Part shown: in pieces, positions 42,587 to 52,622 of the stretch
Layout of the letters: every line of letters starts with the position of its first letter
Numbering within the stretch: position 1 is the stretch's first letter
Assembly (NCBI GenBank): GCA_963772365.1
Contig: CAVYXA010000003.1
Span: forward strand, 320,001 to 384,000
From: an uncultured Verrucomicrobiae bacterium
Lineage (GTDB): Bacteria; Verrucomicrobiota; Verrucomicrobiia; Chthoniobacterales; UBA10450
Length of the DNA stretch: 64,000 nucleotides
Direction of reading: 5' to 3'
Program-made: the position numbers and the translations under genes
Notes under the pieces: model-generated
The model's database searches: none
Told to the model about the DNA's origin: nothing
The model's input: only the letters and a program-made list of their open reading frames with translations

Positions 42587-44188
42587 TTATTGCGTCACGG
42601 TTAGCAGCCCGGCGGCGCCGAGGGTCATATCGCGCATACTGTGATCGACGATTGGATACGTCCCCGGGTGCGGCATAATCGCGTCGAAAACCACGCCCTG
42701 CCCGGGTCCGACGGAGTAAGTGGATACGCCAATAAGCGCATGGTTTGCATCTGCATCGGGGTAAACTGCGGCAAATATTCCGCCAATGATGTGGAAGGAA
42801 CTCCAAAGGTTCGGGCCGGCATCGACGAAGTAGAGCCGCACGCGTTGTCCGACTTTCGCCTGAAGTGGATTATCCTTGTATTGAAAGGCGATGCCATTGA
42901 ATACGACTTCGTCCGGAGTGACGGCGATCATCTTATTATAATCGCCGGTCATGAGGTTGCCTTCTACCTGCTGGGTGTACCATTCGCCTTGCACCAGAAC
43001 GTAGCTGACATCGGCCGGAGGCAGCGGCTTGAGCGGGTCGACTATGATTGCGCCATACATTCCGTTGCCGATGTGCTGCAATACAGGCGGCGTTCCGCAA
43101 TGATAAATGAATACGCCCGGCACCTGTGCCACAAACGAGAACTCCAGTTTCTCGCCCGGATTGATGGAGCGATAAGCAACGCTCCAGTCGATCTGCGCGG
43201 CGTGGAAATCGATCGAGTGCTGCATCATCCCGTTGTTGACGAATTTCACGTGCACAGTTTGTCCTTCGCGCACATGCAGGATTGGGGCCGGGACGGTGCC
43301 GTTGAATGTCCACGCCTGATACTGCACGCCGTTGGCGATTTCGATCGTCGCGTCAGTCGCGACCAGGTTGATATTGACCTCAGGGCCGTTGCCGATCAGC
43401 GGAGGAAGGATCGGAAGAGGCCGTTTGGTAGTTTGCTCCGCTGTGGCCATGCTCAAGGGCGAGATGCTCGTAGCGGCCAAGTTTAGAGGCGAGACCGCCG
43501 CGGCGGCATTGGCCGGAGTCGCAGGCAAGCGGCTGTTGTTCGTTGCGCTCGCCAGAGTGGAGAGCGCAAGGGCGAGGACGACAATGATCGCGCCAATCGC
43601 ACCGAGTTGATGGTCCCAATCAAATGCGGGGCGTACCTCTGGCCAGATCCGCTTCGGTTTCCATTCCGCTACTGATCTCCATCGCGGAAACCGGCGGCCG
43701 ATATAATGATCAAGGCTATAGGGCGAGGAACCGAGGAAACGCTCAAAGAGCGCAGCGGCAATAAAAACCAGCGCATACATGAGCGCCGGTCCGAGATTCG
43801 TTGCGCCCGAAGTGTATGGGCCGCCAAAACCTTCCGCCGTTGACCAGATGAGCAAGCTGAACAGCGCGCCGGCGATATAAGTAAGCCGGCGAGCGATGCC
43901 GAAGAGCAGCCCAATCGCAAGGGCGGTTTCAATCAGTCGCGTGGCGAGAACGAAGAAGCCATCCCGTGGTGAAACAAGTTGAATCCAGAAATGAAACCAC
44001 GCGATGAGCCAGGGGGGCTGCCCGTTGGCGGCGTTTTGCAGGTAACCCACATAATGGGCTGCAAAGCCCGGCTGCCATTTCAGGTAGGCATCGATCGCTA
44101 CGAAGATTCCAAACGTCGCCCGCATACCGGCTGCAGCCACAATCAACCACGCCAACGAGCGCCGATCTTCCATTGACTCCGAGTTCAT
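42587..44188 (-). CDS. nirK: DoxX/DoxD-like membrane domain fused to a Cu-containing nitrite reductase
   Basis: N-term: KWQPGF, IETALAIGLLFG, WSTAEGFGGPY, SLD. C-term: HSIDFH, YHCG, QHIGNGMYG, SSFHIIG, IVDH (all T1/T2 ligands and catalytic Asp/His). Confidence 0.85.
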   Translation of the reverse strand: MNSESMEDRRSLAWLIVAAAGMRATFGIFVAIDAYLKWQPGFAAHYVGYLQNAANGQPPWLIAWFHFWIQLVSPRDGFFVLATRLIETALAIGLLFGIARRLTYIAGALFSLLIWSTAEGFGGPYTSGATNLGPALMYALVFIAAALFERFLGSSPYSLDHYIGRRFPRWRSVAEWKPKRIWPEVRPAFDWDHQLGAIGAIIVVLALALSTLASATNNSRLPATPANAAAAVSPLNLAATSISPLSMATAEQTTKRPLPILPPLIGNGPEVNINLVATDATIEIANGVQYQAWTFNGTVPAPILHVREGQTVHVKFVNNGMMQHSIDFHAAQIDWSVAYRSINPGEKLEFSFVAQVPGVFIYHCGTPPVLQHIGNGMYGAIIVDPLKPLPPADVSYVLVQGEWYTQQVEGNLMTGDYNKMIAVTPDEVVFNGIAFQYKDNPLQAKVGQRVRLYFVDAGPNLWSSFHIIGGIFAAVYPDADANHALIGVSTYSVGPGQGVVFDAIMPHPGTYPIVDHSMRDMTLGAAGLLTVTQ

Positions 44189-44313
44189 ACATTAACATAA
44201 AGCCAAAGTTCGGTTTCAAAACCGCGTGTTTGCAAACAGGAAAGGGTTCGCGATGGAGTGTCTCATGGCTCTCTTTCCCGCCTCGCGCGCAGTTGTGAAT
44301 CCGTGTCTGTAAG

Positions 44314-45481
44314 TCACTCCTCCGGTTCGGCGATCAGCACCTTCGGGAGAACTTTGATCGCCCAAATCGCGGCACCAAGGATCCAAAAAATTGCCGCGGC
44401 GACGAGATGAATGGTGCGCACTGGCGGCACGAGGTCGGCGGCGTAACGGGAAAAGGCGGCCAGAAAAATCAGCGCAGCCACGGCAAGAAAAAACGGCAGG
44501 CGCTTTCTGAATAAATGTGCGTTCCCGCTGTGACCGAACACCACGCGAATACCAACAGTCACGGCAATAAATCCAAAACCGCTGATAAAGATAATATGAA
44601 GAGCGCCGACTCGATACAGCGGCCAGAGCGCTTCGCCAGCCGATCCCGATTACAATAGCCGCGATACCAATGCGCAGACAATCAGCGAGAAAGCTGCGTG
44701 CGCCCGATGGCAGTATTGCGATCAGATAAATCAGAATCGCGCCGAACCGCAGCCACGGTCCCAGCACAGTCAGGCGAAACGCGTCTGCGACGAAAGTAAG
44801 ATCGACAATGAGTCCGATGGCTACCGCGAAGGCTGCGCGAGGTCTCCAGCCGGGTGGAAACGCGCGCGACTCCGGCGCCTCGGGCACCGACATGTTGAGC
44901 AGCTTCGGTAACAGGAATGGCGCGATGCCGAGGATCGGCAACAAAACAAAACCTTGCTCGAGAAACATCGCGCCGAGTCGATAGCATTTCGCGTAGAGTT
45001 GATTTTCAAACAATCCGAGCAGAATTGCCCCGGCAAGACCATTCAAAAGACCGAGCGCCACGAGCGCGAAATTTGGCGGCGGCGAATCTTTGCGGCGGAT
45101 AAATCGTTTGCCGATCAAGAACAACAGAGTTGCGATGCAAAACGTGAACAAAAAATCGCCGCTGCGATTTGTGCCGCCGAAATGCAAACCCGCCGCGAGC
45201 AAGAGCAGGGTCAAAAGGCTCAGCACAGCCTTGCCCGAAAATGAAGCTGTCGATGTTATCCGCGGCCCGGCCGTTCCCAGAAACCCGATGATGAATGAGC
45301 CCATGAAGCCTTCGATCATCAATCGCGCGTGGGAAATTGACGGATACACACTGATCCAGCCAGCATAATAAGCCGGCCATAGCGCGACACCGATCATGCC
45401 GAGCAAAAGCCCGGTCGGGAAAAAGATCCGAAACGGCTCTTGGTAGAAAAATGGCGGGACGTGTGGAAGGAAAGCTTTCAT
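44314..45481 (-). pseudogene. nnrS: NnrS-family protein with a frameshift near 44640
   Basis: EPFRIFF, HARLMIEGF, GFLGTA in one frame; LHIIFISGFG...RVVFGHSG continues in another frame. Confidence 0.8.
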
Positions 45482-45822
45482 GCCGATGGCGACACTAATT
45501 CGCGGCACGCCAGATGATTTTCAAATCGCAAGCTTCAAAAACCATTCCGGGAGTGGGACTGCGTCGTGATCGATTACCCGGGCGGCGCGGCATTCGGGCC
45601 GGGTCGCAGGGCTGGCCGCTTTTTTTTGATTCGTTAGACCAAACAGAGTCGTCCGGCCCGGTTAGGCTGGAATTCGCCCGGCCAAGGCCATCGTCTCTAT
45701 CTAAAGGCAAGCTGGTTATTTCGTCGCCGAATCGACCAGGATCGCCGTGGTGGTGAGGCTATTTAGAGTCAAAACGTAAAATAGTGCGAAGGGGAACGAC
45801 TCCTGCTTTTTAAGTCGCCACT

Positions 45823-45918
45823 TTGACGACCAAGCCGTTCGATGTGGATGGGTTTTTGCGCATCATCGACAAACCGGTGATGCGTCAGATGGAAAGGAAC
45901 GCGTGCGTTGCCGCGTAG
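45823..45918 (+). pseudogene. 3' remnant of a receiver domain (hybrid kinase tail)
   Basis: LTTKPFDVDGFLRIIDK...* resembles LTKPLDVPEFFRVVD at the end of the 48636-50885 kinase. Confidence 0.6.
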
Positions 45919-45925
45919 GACTAGT

Positions 45926-46492
45926 GTGACCGAAGTAACTGAAGTAAGCGAAGAAACCGAAGACTACCTGGAGGCCTCAGAGTTTTACCAAGGCGATTTT
46001 GCCGGGCTGGCCAAAATGAAAATTCTGCTGGTGGACGATGAGCCGGTTAACCTCGCTTTGCTCGAGGCGCTCCTGGGTGACCATGGCTTTAACCGCACAA
46101 GGTCGATCAGCGATTCCCGACTCGCGCTGCAGGCTTGCCACGAGTTCGATCCCGATTTGGTTCTGCTCGATCTCATGATGCCTCCGCCCGACGGCTTCTC
46201 GATTCTGGAATCGATCCGTGCTGAGCATGGCGAAATCTTTCTACCCGTCATTGTGCTGACTGCGGATGCTAATAGAAGAACAAGATTCCGGGCCCTGCGC
46301 GCTGGAGCGACGGACTTCCTGCTCAAGCCCTTCGATCATCTTGAAGTTATGTTGCGCATTTCTAATCTGCTCGAGACGCGTCGGCTTCACCTGCAGTTAG
46401 ACATGGAACGCGCTGCCCTGGCCGACGCCGTTTACGCGCGCACGACCGAGTTACGCGATGTCCGATCCGAGTTGCATAAAAAGCAGACCTGA
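45926..46492 (+). CDS. Response regulator (receiver plus coiled coil, no output domain)
   Basis: KILLVDD, DLVLLDLMMP, VIVLTA, DFLLKPFD. Confidence 0.88.
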   Translation: MTEVTEVSEETEDYLEASEFYQGDFAGLAKMKILLVDDEPVNLALLEALLGDHGFNRTRSISDSRLALQACHEFDPDLVLLDLMMPPPDGFSILESIRAEHGEIFLPVIVLTADANRRTRFRALRAGATDFLLKPFDHLEVMLRISNLLETRRLHLQLDMERAALADAVYARTTELRDVRSELHKKQT

Positions 46493-46577
46493 TGATATGC
46501 GAGCGATCGTCGATCAAATGATTTCCCAGACGTACGACGATTGCCTGGGCGATTACGTATCCGCTTAACTCGGACAA

Positions 46578-48491
46578 CTATTTTCGTTGGGAACCGGGAT
46601 TTTTAGGCGCCAGATCAGCTACGATTTGCTGGAAGCGGGGATCGCCGCGCAGTGGATCCCAATATGGATGCAACTTTAGATTTCCGTAGCTCAATGTGCT
46701 GGGGATTCGGAGGGTTGCCTCGATTTGCTGAATGGCCAGATCTTTCTCGCCGCACCACGCGTAAATAGCGGCGAGATATTTCATCAGCTCCGCGCCATCG
46801 AGCGCGTCTTTCGTAACGGGCAGTATCTCGACAGCGCGCCGGCCTTCGCGCATCGCTTCATCGTTGCGTCCTAAGGCAGCGTCGATCATTCCCAGGACAG
46901 TGTAAACCGGACCGTAATCCGGTTGTTCACGAGCGGTCTTTTCCACTTGGGCACGGGCAGCGAGGAAAGCAGTTCGCGCTGTGACAGCATCGCCCTTGGC
47001 GCGAGCCGCGAGCGCTTCCCAATAGACGCGCGGGAAGTTCAAGTCAGTGGAAGTTCCGGTGGCGGGGATTGCCGCGAGCGCGCGAGCGATTCCGGCGGGA
47101 TCGCGCTCGCAAAGGGCAAGGTAAAGCCACTGGTCGGCCATGTCGCCAGCAGAGTGCGGATTCTCAGCAAGAAGGGCGTCGATCGTTTGATGCAGCCGCC
47201 GAGTGTCTGCCCGCCATTCGAGGTCCACCAAACCGCGCGTGATTCGGTTATCGAGATCGCGCGGCGCGAGCTCAAGCGCGCGGTCGAGCGCAGCAGCCAT
47301 CGCCCCAAATTGCCGAAATTCCTGATAACTGTATGCGATCTGCTGAAAGATGAAAACATTGCGCGGATCCAGTTTGACTGCTCGTTGCAAGCTGCGCGCC
47401 GATTCGTTCCATAAACCTTGTCGTCGGTCGATGTAGCCAGCCAGCTCGAAAGCCTCCGAGTTATTGGGAAGCAGACGTTGAGTGTGCGCAAGCTCGGCGC
47501 GAGCCCCATCGTAATCGAGGTGACAGCGATAGAGAAAATTTGCCCTGGCGAGATGCGTCTCGCCCGCCTCCGGGCGGAGGCGGATGACCGTCTTGAGCGC
47601 GGCCTCCGCCAATGCGAGCCGGGTGGGAGTATGATCAAATCCGAAGAAGTAAATGTAGTTGTGTGCCGCGCCTAATTGACACCAGGCGAGGTAAAAATTC
47701 GGATCGCGCGCAATGGCTTGATCGAGCGCTTGGACCGCTTGGAACAATTTCTCGTTGATTTGCGCGTTGGAAACTGTCGCAACAAGCGTCTTACCGCGAA
47801 GATAAAGAGCGTAGGCAGCAAGGTCATGAGTCGGCTGCTCCTCGACGGCGATTTTTTCCTGCGGTGAAACGGTCGCGTGCAGCTGGGAAGCGATTCGTTG
47901 CAGAATGTCGCCCTGTACGCCGAAGATGTCGCTCAGCTCGCGTTTGTAACTCACATTCCACAACCTGGCTCCTCGACGGGCATCCGTGAGTTGTACGGTG
48001 ATTTGCACTTTGTCACCCGCAAGACGCACTGTGCCTTCGAGAATATGGCCGGCGCCGAGACTCTGCGCGATCTCGCGCAGGTCACGCCGCCGATCCGGCG
48101 TATAGCTACTGACTGAAGTACGGCTGATCACCCTCAAATCCGCAACCTTGGAAAGCGTGGTGATAATGTCATCCTGCACGGCTTCCGCGAGAGATCGATC
48201 TTGCTCCGCATCACCCATTTCATCGAATGGCAGCACCACAATATTCTTTTCCGGGAAGGAAGCCACGTAAGCCGACTCTGCCGAGGGCGGGGCCGTGATT
48301 TGCGGGGCCAGCTGGCGGGAAAGGCTCCATAACCCGAAGCCCAGTGCAAATGCGGTCGCCAGCAGGACAACGACTGCAAGAGGCCGCCATCGTCTCTGGG
48401 CAAGAGGCGATGAAATATCCGTCCCCGGGGGTTGCGTTTCGTGATCAGTTGGCGTTTTGGGCTCGGCCATCTGCGCGGTGTGAAAATTCAT
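46578..48491 (-). CDS. Membrane-anchored TolB-N/FlgO-like plus TPR protein
   Basis: TM segment, IVVLPF, LRVISRTSV, TPRs, C-terminal WDPLRGDPRF; lacks the usual N-terminal kinase or cyclase domain. Confidence 0.8.
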   Translation of the reverse strand: MNFHTAQMAEPKTPTDHETQPPGTDISSPLAQRRWRPLAVVVLLATAFALGFGLWSLSRQLAPQITAPPSAESAYVASFPEKNIVVLPFDEMGDAEQDRSLAEAVQDDIITTLSKVADLRVISRTSVSSYTPDRRRDLREIAQSLGAGHILEGTVRLAGDKVQITVQLTDARRGARLWNVSYKRELSDIFGVQGDILQRIASQLHATVSPQEKIAVEEQPTHDLAAYALYLRGKTLVATVSNAQINEKLFQAVQALDQAIARDPNFYLAWCQLGAAHNYIYFFGFDHTPTRLALAEAALKTVIRLRPEAGETHLARANFLYRCHLDYDGARAELAHTQRLLPNNSEAFELAGYIDRRQGLWNESARSLQRAVKLDPRNVFIFQQIAYSYQEFRQFGAMAAALDRALELAPRDLDNRITRGLVDLEWRADTRRLHQTIDALLAENPHSAGDMADQWLYLALCERDPAGIARALAAIPATGTSTDLNFPRVYWEALAARAKGDAVTARTAFLAARAQVEKTAREQPDYGPVYTVLGMIDAALGRNDEAMREGRRAVEILPVTKDALDGAELMKYLAAIYAWCGEKDLAIQQIEATLRIPSTLSYGNLKLHPYWDPLRGDPRFQQIVADLAPKNPGSQRK

Positions 48492-48635
48492 CGGATGGGT
48501 GCTGATGCTCTTCGTGAAGCGAAGCAAGGGACGTTCCAAAAGCGACCCACTTCCCAGCGCTGCCTTGTTTGGGCCAAACGCAGAAATTGTTCCGGCCCGG
48601 CTCGAAAATAGCTTTGAACTACGAAGTACACGGCA

Positions 48636-50885
48636 ATGATCAACCTGCGCGATCGCCCCATCCGCCAAAAGATCATGCTCGTGATCATGTTGATTTCGGG
48701 CGTGGTGCTGCTCCTCGCCTTTGCCGCGCTTTTCTATTTTCAGGCTTACACTTTGCGCCAGCAGTCCGCGCACGAGCTTGCCGTCATCGGTAAAATTACC
48801 GCGCACAATTGTGCCAACGCGGTCATGTTCAAAGACGAGGACGCAGCCGCGCAAATTCTGGTGGGCCTAAAGACGATGCCAGAAATCGTGAGCGCACGAC
48901 TGGAATTGATGGACCGGCAGGGACTGGCGTTTTTCGGAGCAGCGCGCGACGAGATCTACATTAAAGCAGCGCGCTCCCAGGAGGGGTTCCAAGTGGGAGG
49001 CAATCGCATCCTTTTCGCGCAACCCGTTTTGCTCAACGGCAAACGCGAAGGAACGCTCTATCTTCTGGCCGATTTGCACACCATGACCTCGCAGTTGCTG
49101 AGGCTCTTCGGTGGCATCTTCGCTCTGGTTCTGGCCGCCTCGCTCCTTTTCACCTTCGTTCTTTCGAATCGGTTTCAGCGGTTCATCACAGATCCGATTC
49201 TCAGCCTGGCGGGTACCACGCGCACCGTTTCGGAGCATAATGACTATTCCGTCCGCGCGAAAAAAACGTGCAACGACGAAGTCGGGGTTCTGACCGACGC
49301 CTTTAACCAGATGCTGGGTCAAATCCAGACCCAGGACAGCGCGCTGCGCAAAGCCGAGGAAAAGTATCGGCTCATCTTCGAAAACGCAATCGAAGGAATG
49401 TTCCAAACCACTCCCGAAGGGAAATGTCTCAGCGTGAATCCGGCATTTGCGCGAATGTTTGACTACGATTCACCGGAAGAACTGATTGCGAACGCGAGCG
49501 ACCTTGCCCGCACTGTCTATGTCGATCCGGCGCGCCGGGAAGAGTTCAGAAGATTGATGGAAAGGCAGGGGTTCGTGGAGTTGTTTGATTACGAAGGCTA
49601 TCGTAAAGACGGGGCCCGGATCTGGTTGCGCGAAAACGCCCGTGCCGTCCGCGATTCCTCGGGGGCCATCGTCTATTATGAGGGCACAGTCCAGGACGTG
49701 ACGCAGCGCAAGCGCGTCGAAGAAGTCGAGCGAGCCAGTAAGGCTAAAACCGAATTCCTCTCCCGCGTCAGTCACGAGCTGCGGACGCCGCTAAATGCGA
49801 TTCTTGGATTTGGGCAACTGCTGGAACGCCAAAATCCTACCGAAACCCAGCGCACGCGGATTCATCACATCTTGAGCGCTGGAAAACACCTTCTGCGGCT
49901 TATCAACGAAGTGCTTGACATCAGCCGCATTGAGGCCGGCAAACTGCAGCTTTCGCTGGAACCGGTCTGCGTGGCAGACGCTCTGGCCGAGGCATCGGAT
50001 TTGATGCGCCCGCTTGCCGCTGAGCGCAAAATCGAGCTTTCTGCTGATGCCCAGGATGCGGATGTTTTCATCGTCGCGGATCGCCAGCGATTCAAGCAGG
50101 TGCTGCTTAATTTGCTCAGCAACGGCGTGAAATACACTCCGCAATTTGGTAAGGTCGCGGTCTCCTACTCTGCGCGAGGCGACAACATCAGAATTACCGT
50201 CAGCGACACAGGCTCTGGTATTCCTGCGAGCAAACGGGAGCGGTTATTCATGCCGTTCGAAAGGCTCGGCGCCGAGCAATCCAATGTAGAAGGCACAGGT
50301 CTGGGCCTAGCCTTGTCACAACGTCTCATGCACGCGATGGGCGGCTCAATCGGAGTCAATTCCAGTGAAGGAAAAGGCAGCCAGTTTTGGATCGAACTGC
50401 CGCGCACGGATTCGCCACTACCCCAGACGGGGCCGCGGAAAAAAACGCTGACGCGCGATGCACGTTCCAGCGCTGCCAATCGCAAGGTGCTTTACATCGA
50501 GGACAATCCTTCAAACCTAACGTTAGTTGAGGAACTGCTTGCCGAGCGCCCCGAGATCGAGCTCTTGACTGCTATACAAGGCAAACTCGGCCTCGAATTG
50601 GCCCGCCAGCATTCGCCCGATCTCATTCTTCTCGATCTTCATCTGCCGGATGTCCCAGGCCACGAAGTACTCGCTCAACTCAAATCTTCCGAGGCGACTC
50701 GGGCGGTTCCAGTTATCGTGGTTAGTGCAGACGCTACCACCAGTCAGGTCGATCGATTAATGGCCGCAGGGGCTACACGTTATCTTACCAAGCCATTGGA
50801 TGTTCCGGAGTTCTTCCGAGTCGTGGATACGGCAACCTCTCAGGCCAGCCATGGCGCGCACTTTCAACCAGGATCGACATCATAG
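48636..50885 (+). CDS. Hybrid sensor histidine kinase (periplasmic sensor, HAMP, PAS, HisKA, HATPase, REC)
   Basis: SHELRTPLN, NLLSNGVKY, GTGLGL, VLYIEDN, LLDLHLP. Confidence 0.93.
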   Translation: MINLRDRPIRQKIMLVIMLISGVVLLLAFAALFYFQAYTLRQQSAHELAVIGKITAHNCANAVMFKDEDAAAQILVGLKTMPEIVSARLELMDRQGLAFFGAARDEIYIKAARSQEGFQVGGNRILFAQPVLLNGKREGTLYLLADLHTMTSQLLRLFGGIFALVLAASLLFTFVLSNRFQRFITDPILSLAGTTRTVSEHNDYSVRAKKTCNDEVGVLTDAFNQMLGQIQTQDSALRKAEEKYRLIFENAIEGMFQTTPEGKCLSVNPAFARMFDYDSPEELIANASDLARTVYVDPARREEFRRLMERQGFVELFDYEGYRKDGARIWLRENARAVRDSSGAIVYYEGTVQDVTQRKRVEEVERASKAKTEFLSRVSHELRTPLNAILGFGQLLERQNPTETQRTRIHHILSAGKHLLRLINEVLDISRIEAGKLQLSLEPVCVADALAEASDLMRPLAAERKIELSADAQDADVFIVADRQRFKQVLLNLLSNGVKYTPQFGKVAVSYSARGDNIRITVSDTGSGIPASKRERLFMPFERLGAEQSNVEGTGLGLALSQRLMHAMGGSIGVNSSEGKGSQFWIELPRTDSPLPQTGPRKKTLTRDARSSAANRKVLYIEDNPSNLTLVEELLAERPEIELLTAIQGKLGLELARQHSPDLILLDLHLPDVPGHEVLAQLKSSEATRAVPVIVVSADATTSQVDRLMAAGATRYLTKPLDVPEFFRVVDTATSQASHGAHFQPGSTS

Positions 50886-51191
50886 TAGCTTGGGCAGTTT
50901 CAGCGGTCGCTCGACCATTTCATTCTTCTGGCTCAACGATTGTCACTTTCGGATTCCCGCGGGCGATCCAGTTCAGTGCCGCAATGATCCAGCAGACCAT
51001 GGCGGCGATTTGATGGATACTGCGCGCTTTAGGCGCAAGTTCGGCGGTGTAGCGCGACTAATTCGCGGCGGCTCAATCGTCGTCAACTAGCGCTTCATCA
51101 GTCTAAGCGGTTGACGTGAATTGCTCCCGGCTACAACGTGATTGGAACGATTTGGGGGATCGTTTGAAAATCAAAATGGAGGATTAGCAGA

Positions 51192-51797
51192 ATGAAGAAG
51201 TGGTCTTTTGATGCGGATTATCTTCAATCGTGCAATTGCGATTACGGCTGTCCGTGCGAGTTCGCCGCGCCTCCTACGACTGGTTTTTGCGAAGGCATGG
51301 GCGTGTGGAAGATCGACAAAGGTAAATATGGTGACCTGTCGCTGGACGGGCTGGGGCTCGGGTTCGCGGCGAAATGGCCGGGGGCGATCCACGAGGGTAA
51401 CGGCACCGTCTGTCTTTTTGTCGATGAAAAGGCATCGCAGGAACAACGCGATGCCTTGCTCGAGATCGGCTCGGGGAAGGCAGGTGGGCTGCCGTTTGAA
51501 ATTCTGGCCACGACATTCAGCACGTTGCTCGATCCGCAATTTGTTCCGTTCGATGTCAACATTGATGGACTCCAAAGCGCGGCCCGGTTGGGTGATAATT
51601 TCCGGATCGCCCTCGAGCCGATCAAAAATCCGGTGACTGGTGCGGAGGAAAGCGTGACCGTGAATCACGGGACTGGATTTATTTTCAAAAGCGCAGACTG
51701 CGCATCGGCCAGGGAAGGATCGGTCGCAGTGGACGAGATGAAGTTCAGCTACCCGAACAAAGCTGGGTTTGTCTCGCGCATTCACTACGGTAACTAG
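51192..51797 (+). CDS. DUF1326 family protein
   Basis: SCNCDYGCPC...FCEG, WPGAIHEGNG. Confidence 0.85.
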   Translation: MKKWSFDADYLQSCNCDYGCPCEFAAPPTTGFCEGMGVWKIDKGKYGDLSLDGLGLGFAAKWPGAIHEGNGTVCLFVDEKASQEQRDALLEIGSGKAGGLPFEILATTFSTLLDPQFVPFDVNIDGLQSAARLGDNFRIALEPIKNPVTGAEESVTVNHGTGFIFKSADCASAREGSVAVDEMKFSYPNKAGFVSRIHYGN

Positions 51798-51806
51798 TCG
51801 GCGGCT

Positions 51807-52610
51807 ATGAACGCATCGCTGGCCCTGCCGCGACGCGAACGTCTCCTCATCCTTGGAGGTGTGGGTGGCATCGCCGTGCTGGCATGGGCTTACACGATCT
51901 TTGAAGCGCGCCGGATGAACCTGACGAGTGTGTGCGAGTGCATGCGCATGAAAATGTCAGGCCCTGACCTCACGTCATGGCCGGCGATGACGCTGCTGCC
52001 GCTATTTCTAATGTGGGCGATCATGATGATCGCCATGATGCTGCCGAGCGCGATGCCGATGATCCTGACGTTCGCTGCCGTCTCGCGCAATCGTCAAGGT
52101 ATTGGGCGCCACTACATCCCGCTGTCGATCTTCGTTCTTGGTTACGTGGCAATCTGGTGTGCGTTCAGCGTTGTGGCCGCGGTCAGCCAATGGTGGCTGC
52201 ATCGAGCGGCGTTGCTGTCGGCATCAATGATGAGCAACAGCCGATGGTTTGCCGGCGCGCTTTTGCTCGCGGCCGCTGCTTTCCAATTCACGCCATTCAA
52301 ACGTGCTTGTCTCACTCATTGCCGTGGCCCGCTTGAATTCATCATGACCCGCTGGCGCGAAGGAAACGTTGGCGCCTTTCGAATGGGATTGGAACACGGT
52401 GCATTTTGCGCCGGTTGTTGCTGGGCATTGATGGCCTTGCTGTTCGTCGCCGGCGTGATGAACATTCTCTGGATCGCGGCACTGACCCTGTTCGTGTGCC
52501 TTGAAAAAGTAATGCCCGCTCGCGCTCGAGTGAGCGCATTGACCGGCGTGCTCCTCGCGGTGTGGGGGATCGCGATCCTCGCCGGCCAGTTCATTTCGAG
52601 CGTGTCTTGA
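51807..52610 (+). CDS. DUF2182 metal-binding membrane protein
   Basis: MMIAMMLPS, QFTPFKRACLTHCRGP, CAGCCWALM, GVMN. Confidence 0.88.
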   Translation: MNASLALPRRERLLILGGVGGIAVLAWAYTIFEARRMNLTSVCECMRMKMSGPDLTSWPAMTLLPLFLMWAIMMIAMMLPSAMPMILTFAAVSRNRQGIGRHYIPLSIFVLGYVAIWCAFSVVAAVSQWWLHRAALLSASMMSNSRWFAGALLLAAAAFQFTPFKRACLTHCRGPLEFIMTRWREGNVGAFRMGLEHGAFCAGCCWALMALLFVAGVMNILWIAALTLFVCLEKVMPARARVSALTGVLLAVWGIAILAGQFISSVS

Positions 52611-52622
52611 GAGAAATATTTC

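Noticed and set aside
42587..43400. Two-domain laccase instead of NirK
   Set aside because: It has the NirK-specific catalytic Asp and SSFH His and lacks the paired HxH T3 motifs
44189..44313. FNR box upstream of DoxX-nirK or nnrS
   Set aside because: Only poor, wrongly spaced matches to TTGAT-N4-ATCAA were found
45545..45630. GC-rich stretch followed by a T8 run as a riboswitch or ncRNA
   Set aside because: It could be a terminator, but I could not define a convincing stem or known family; an Rfam search is needed
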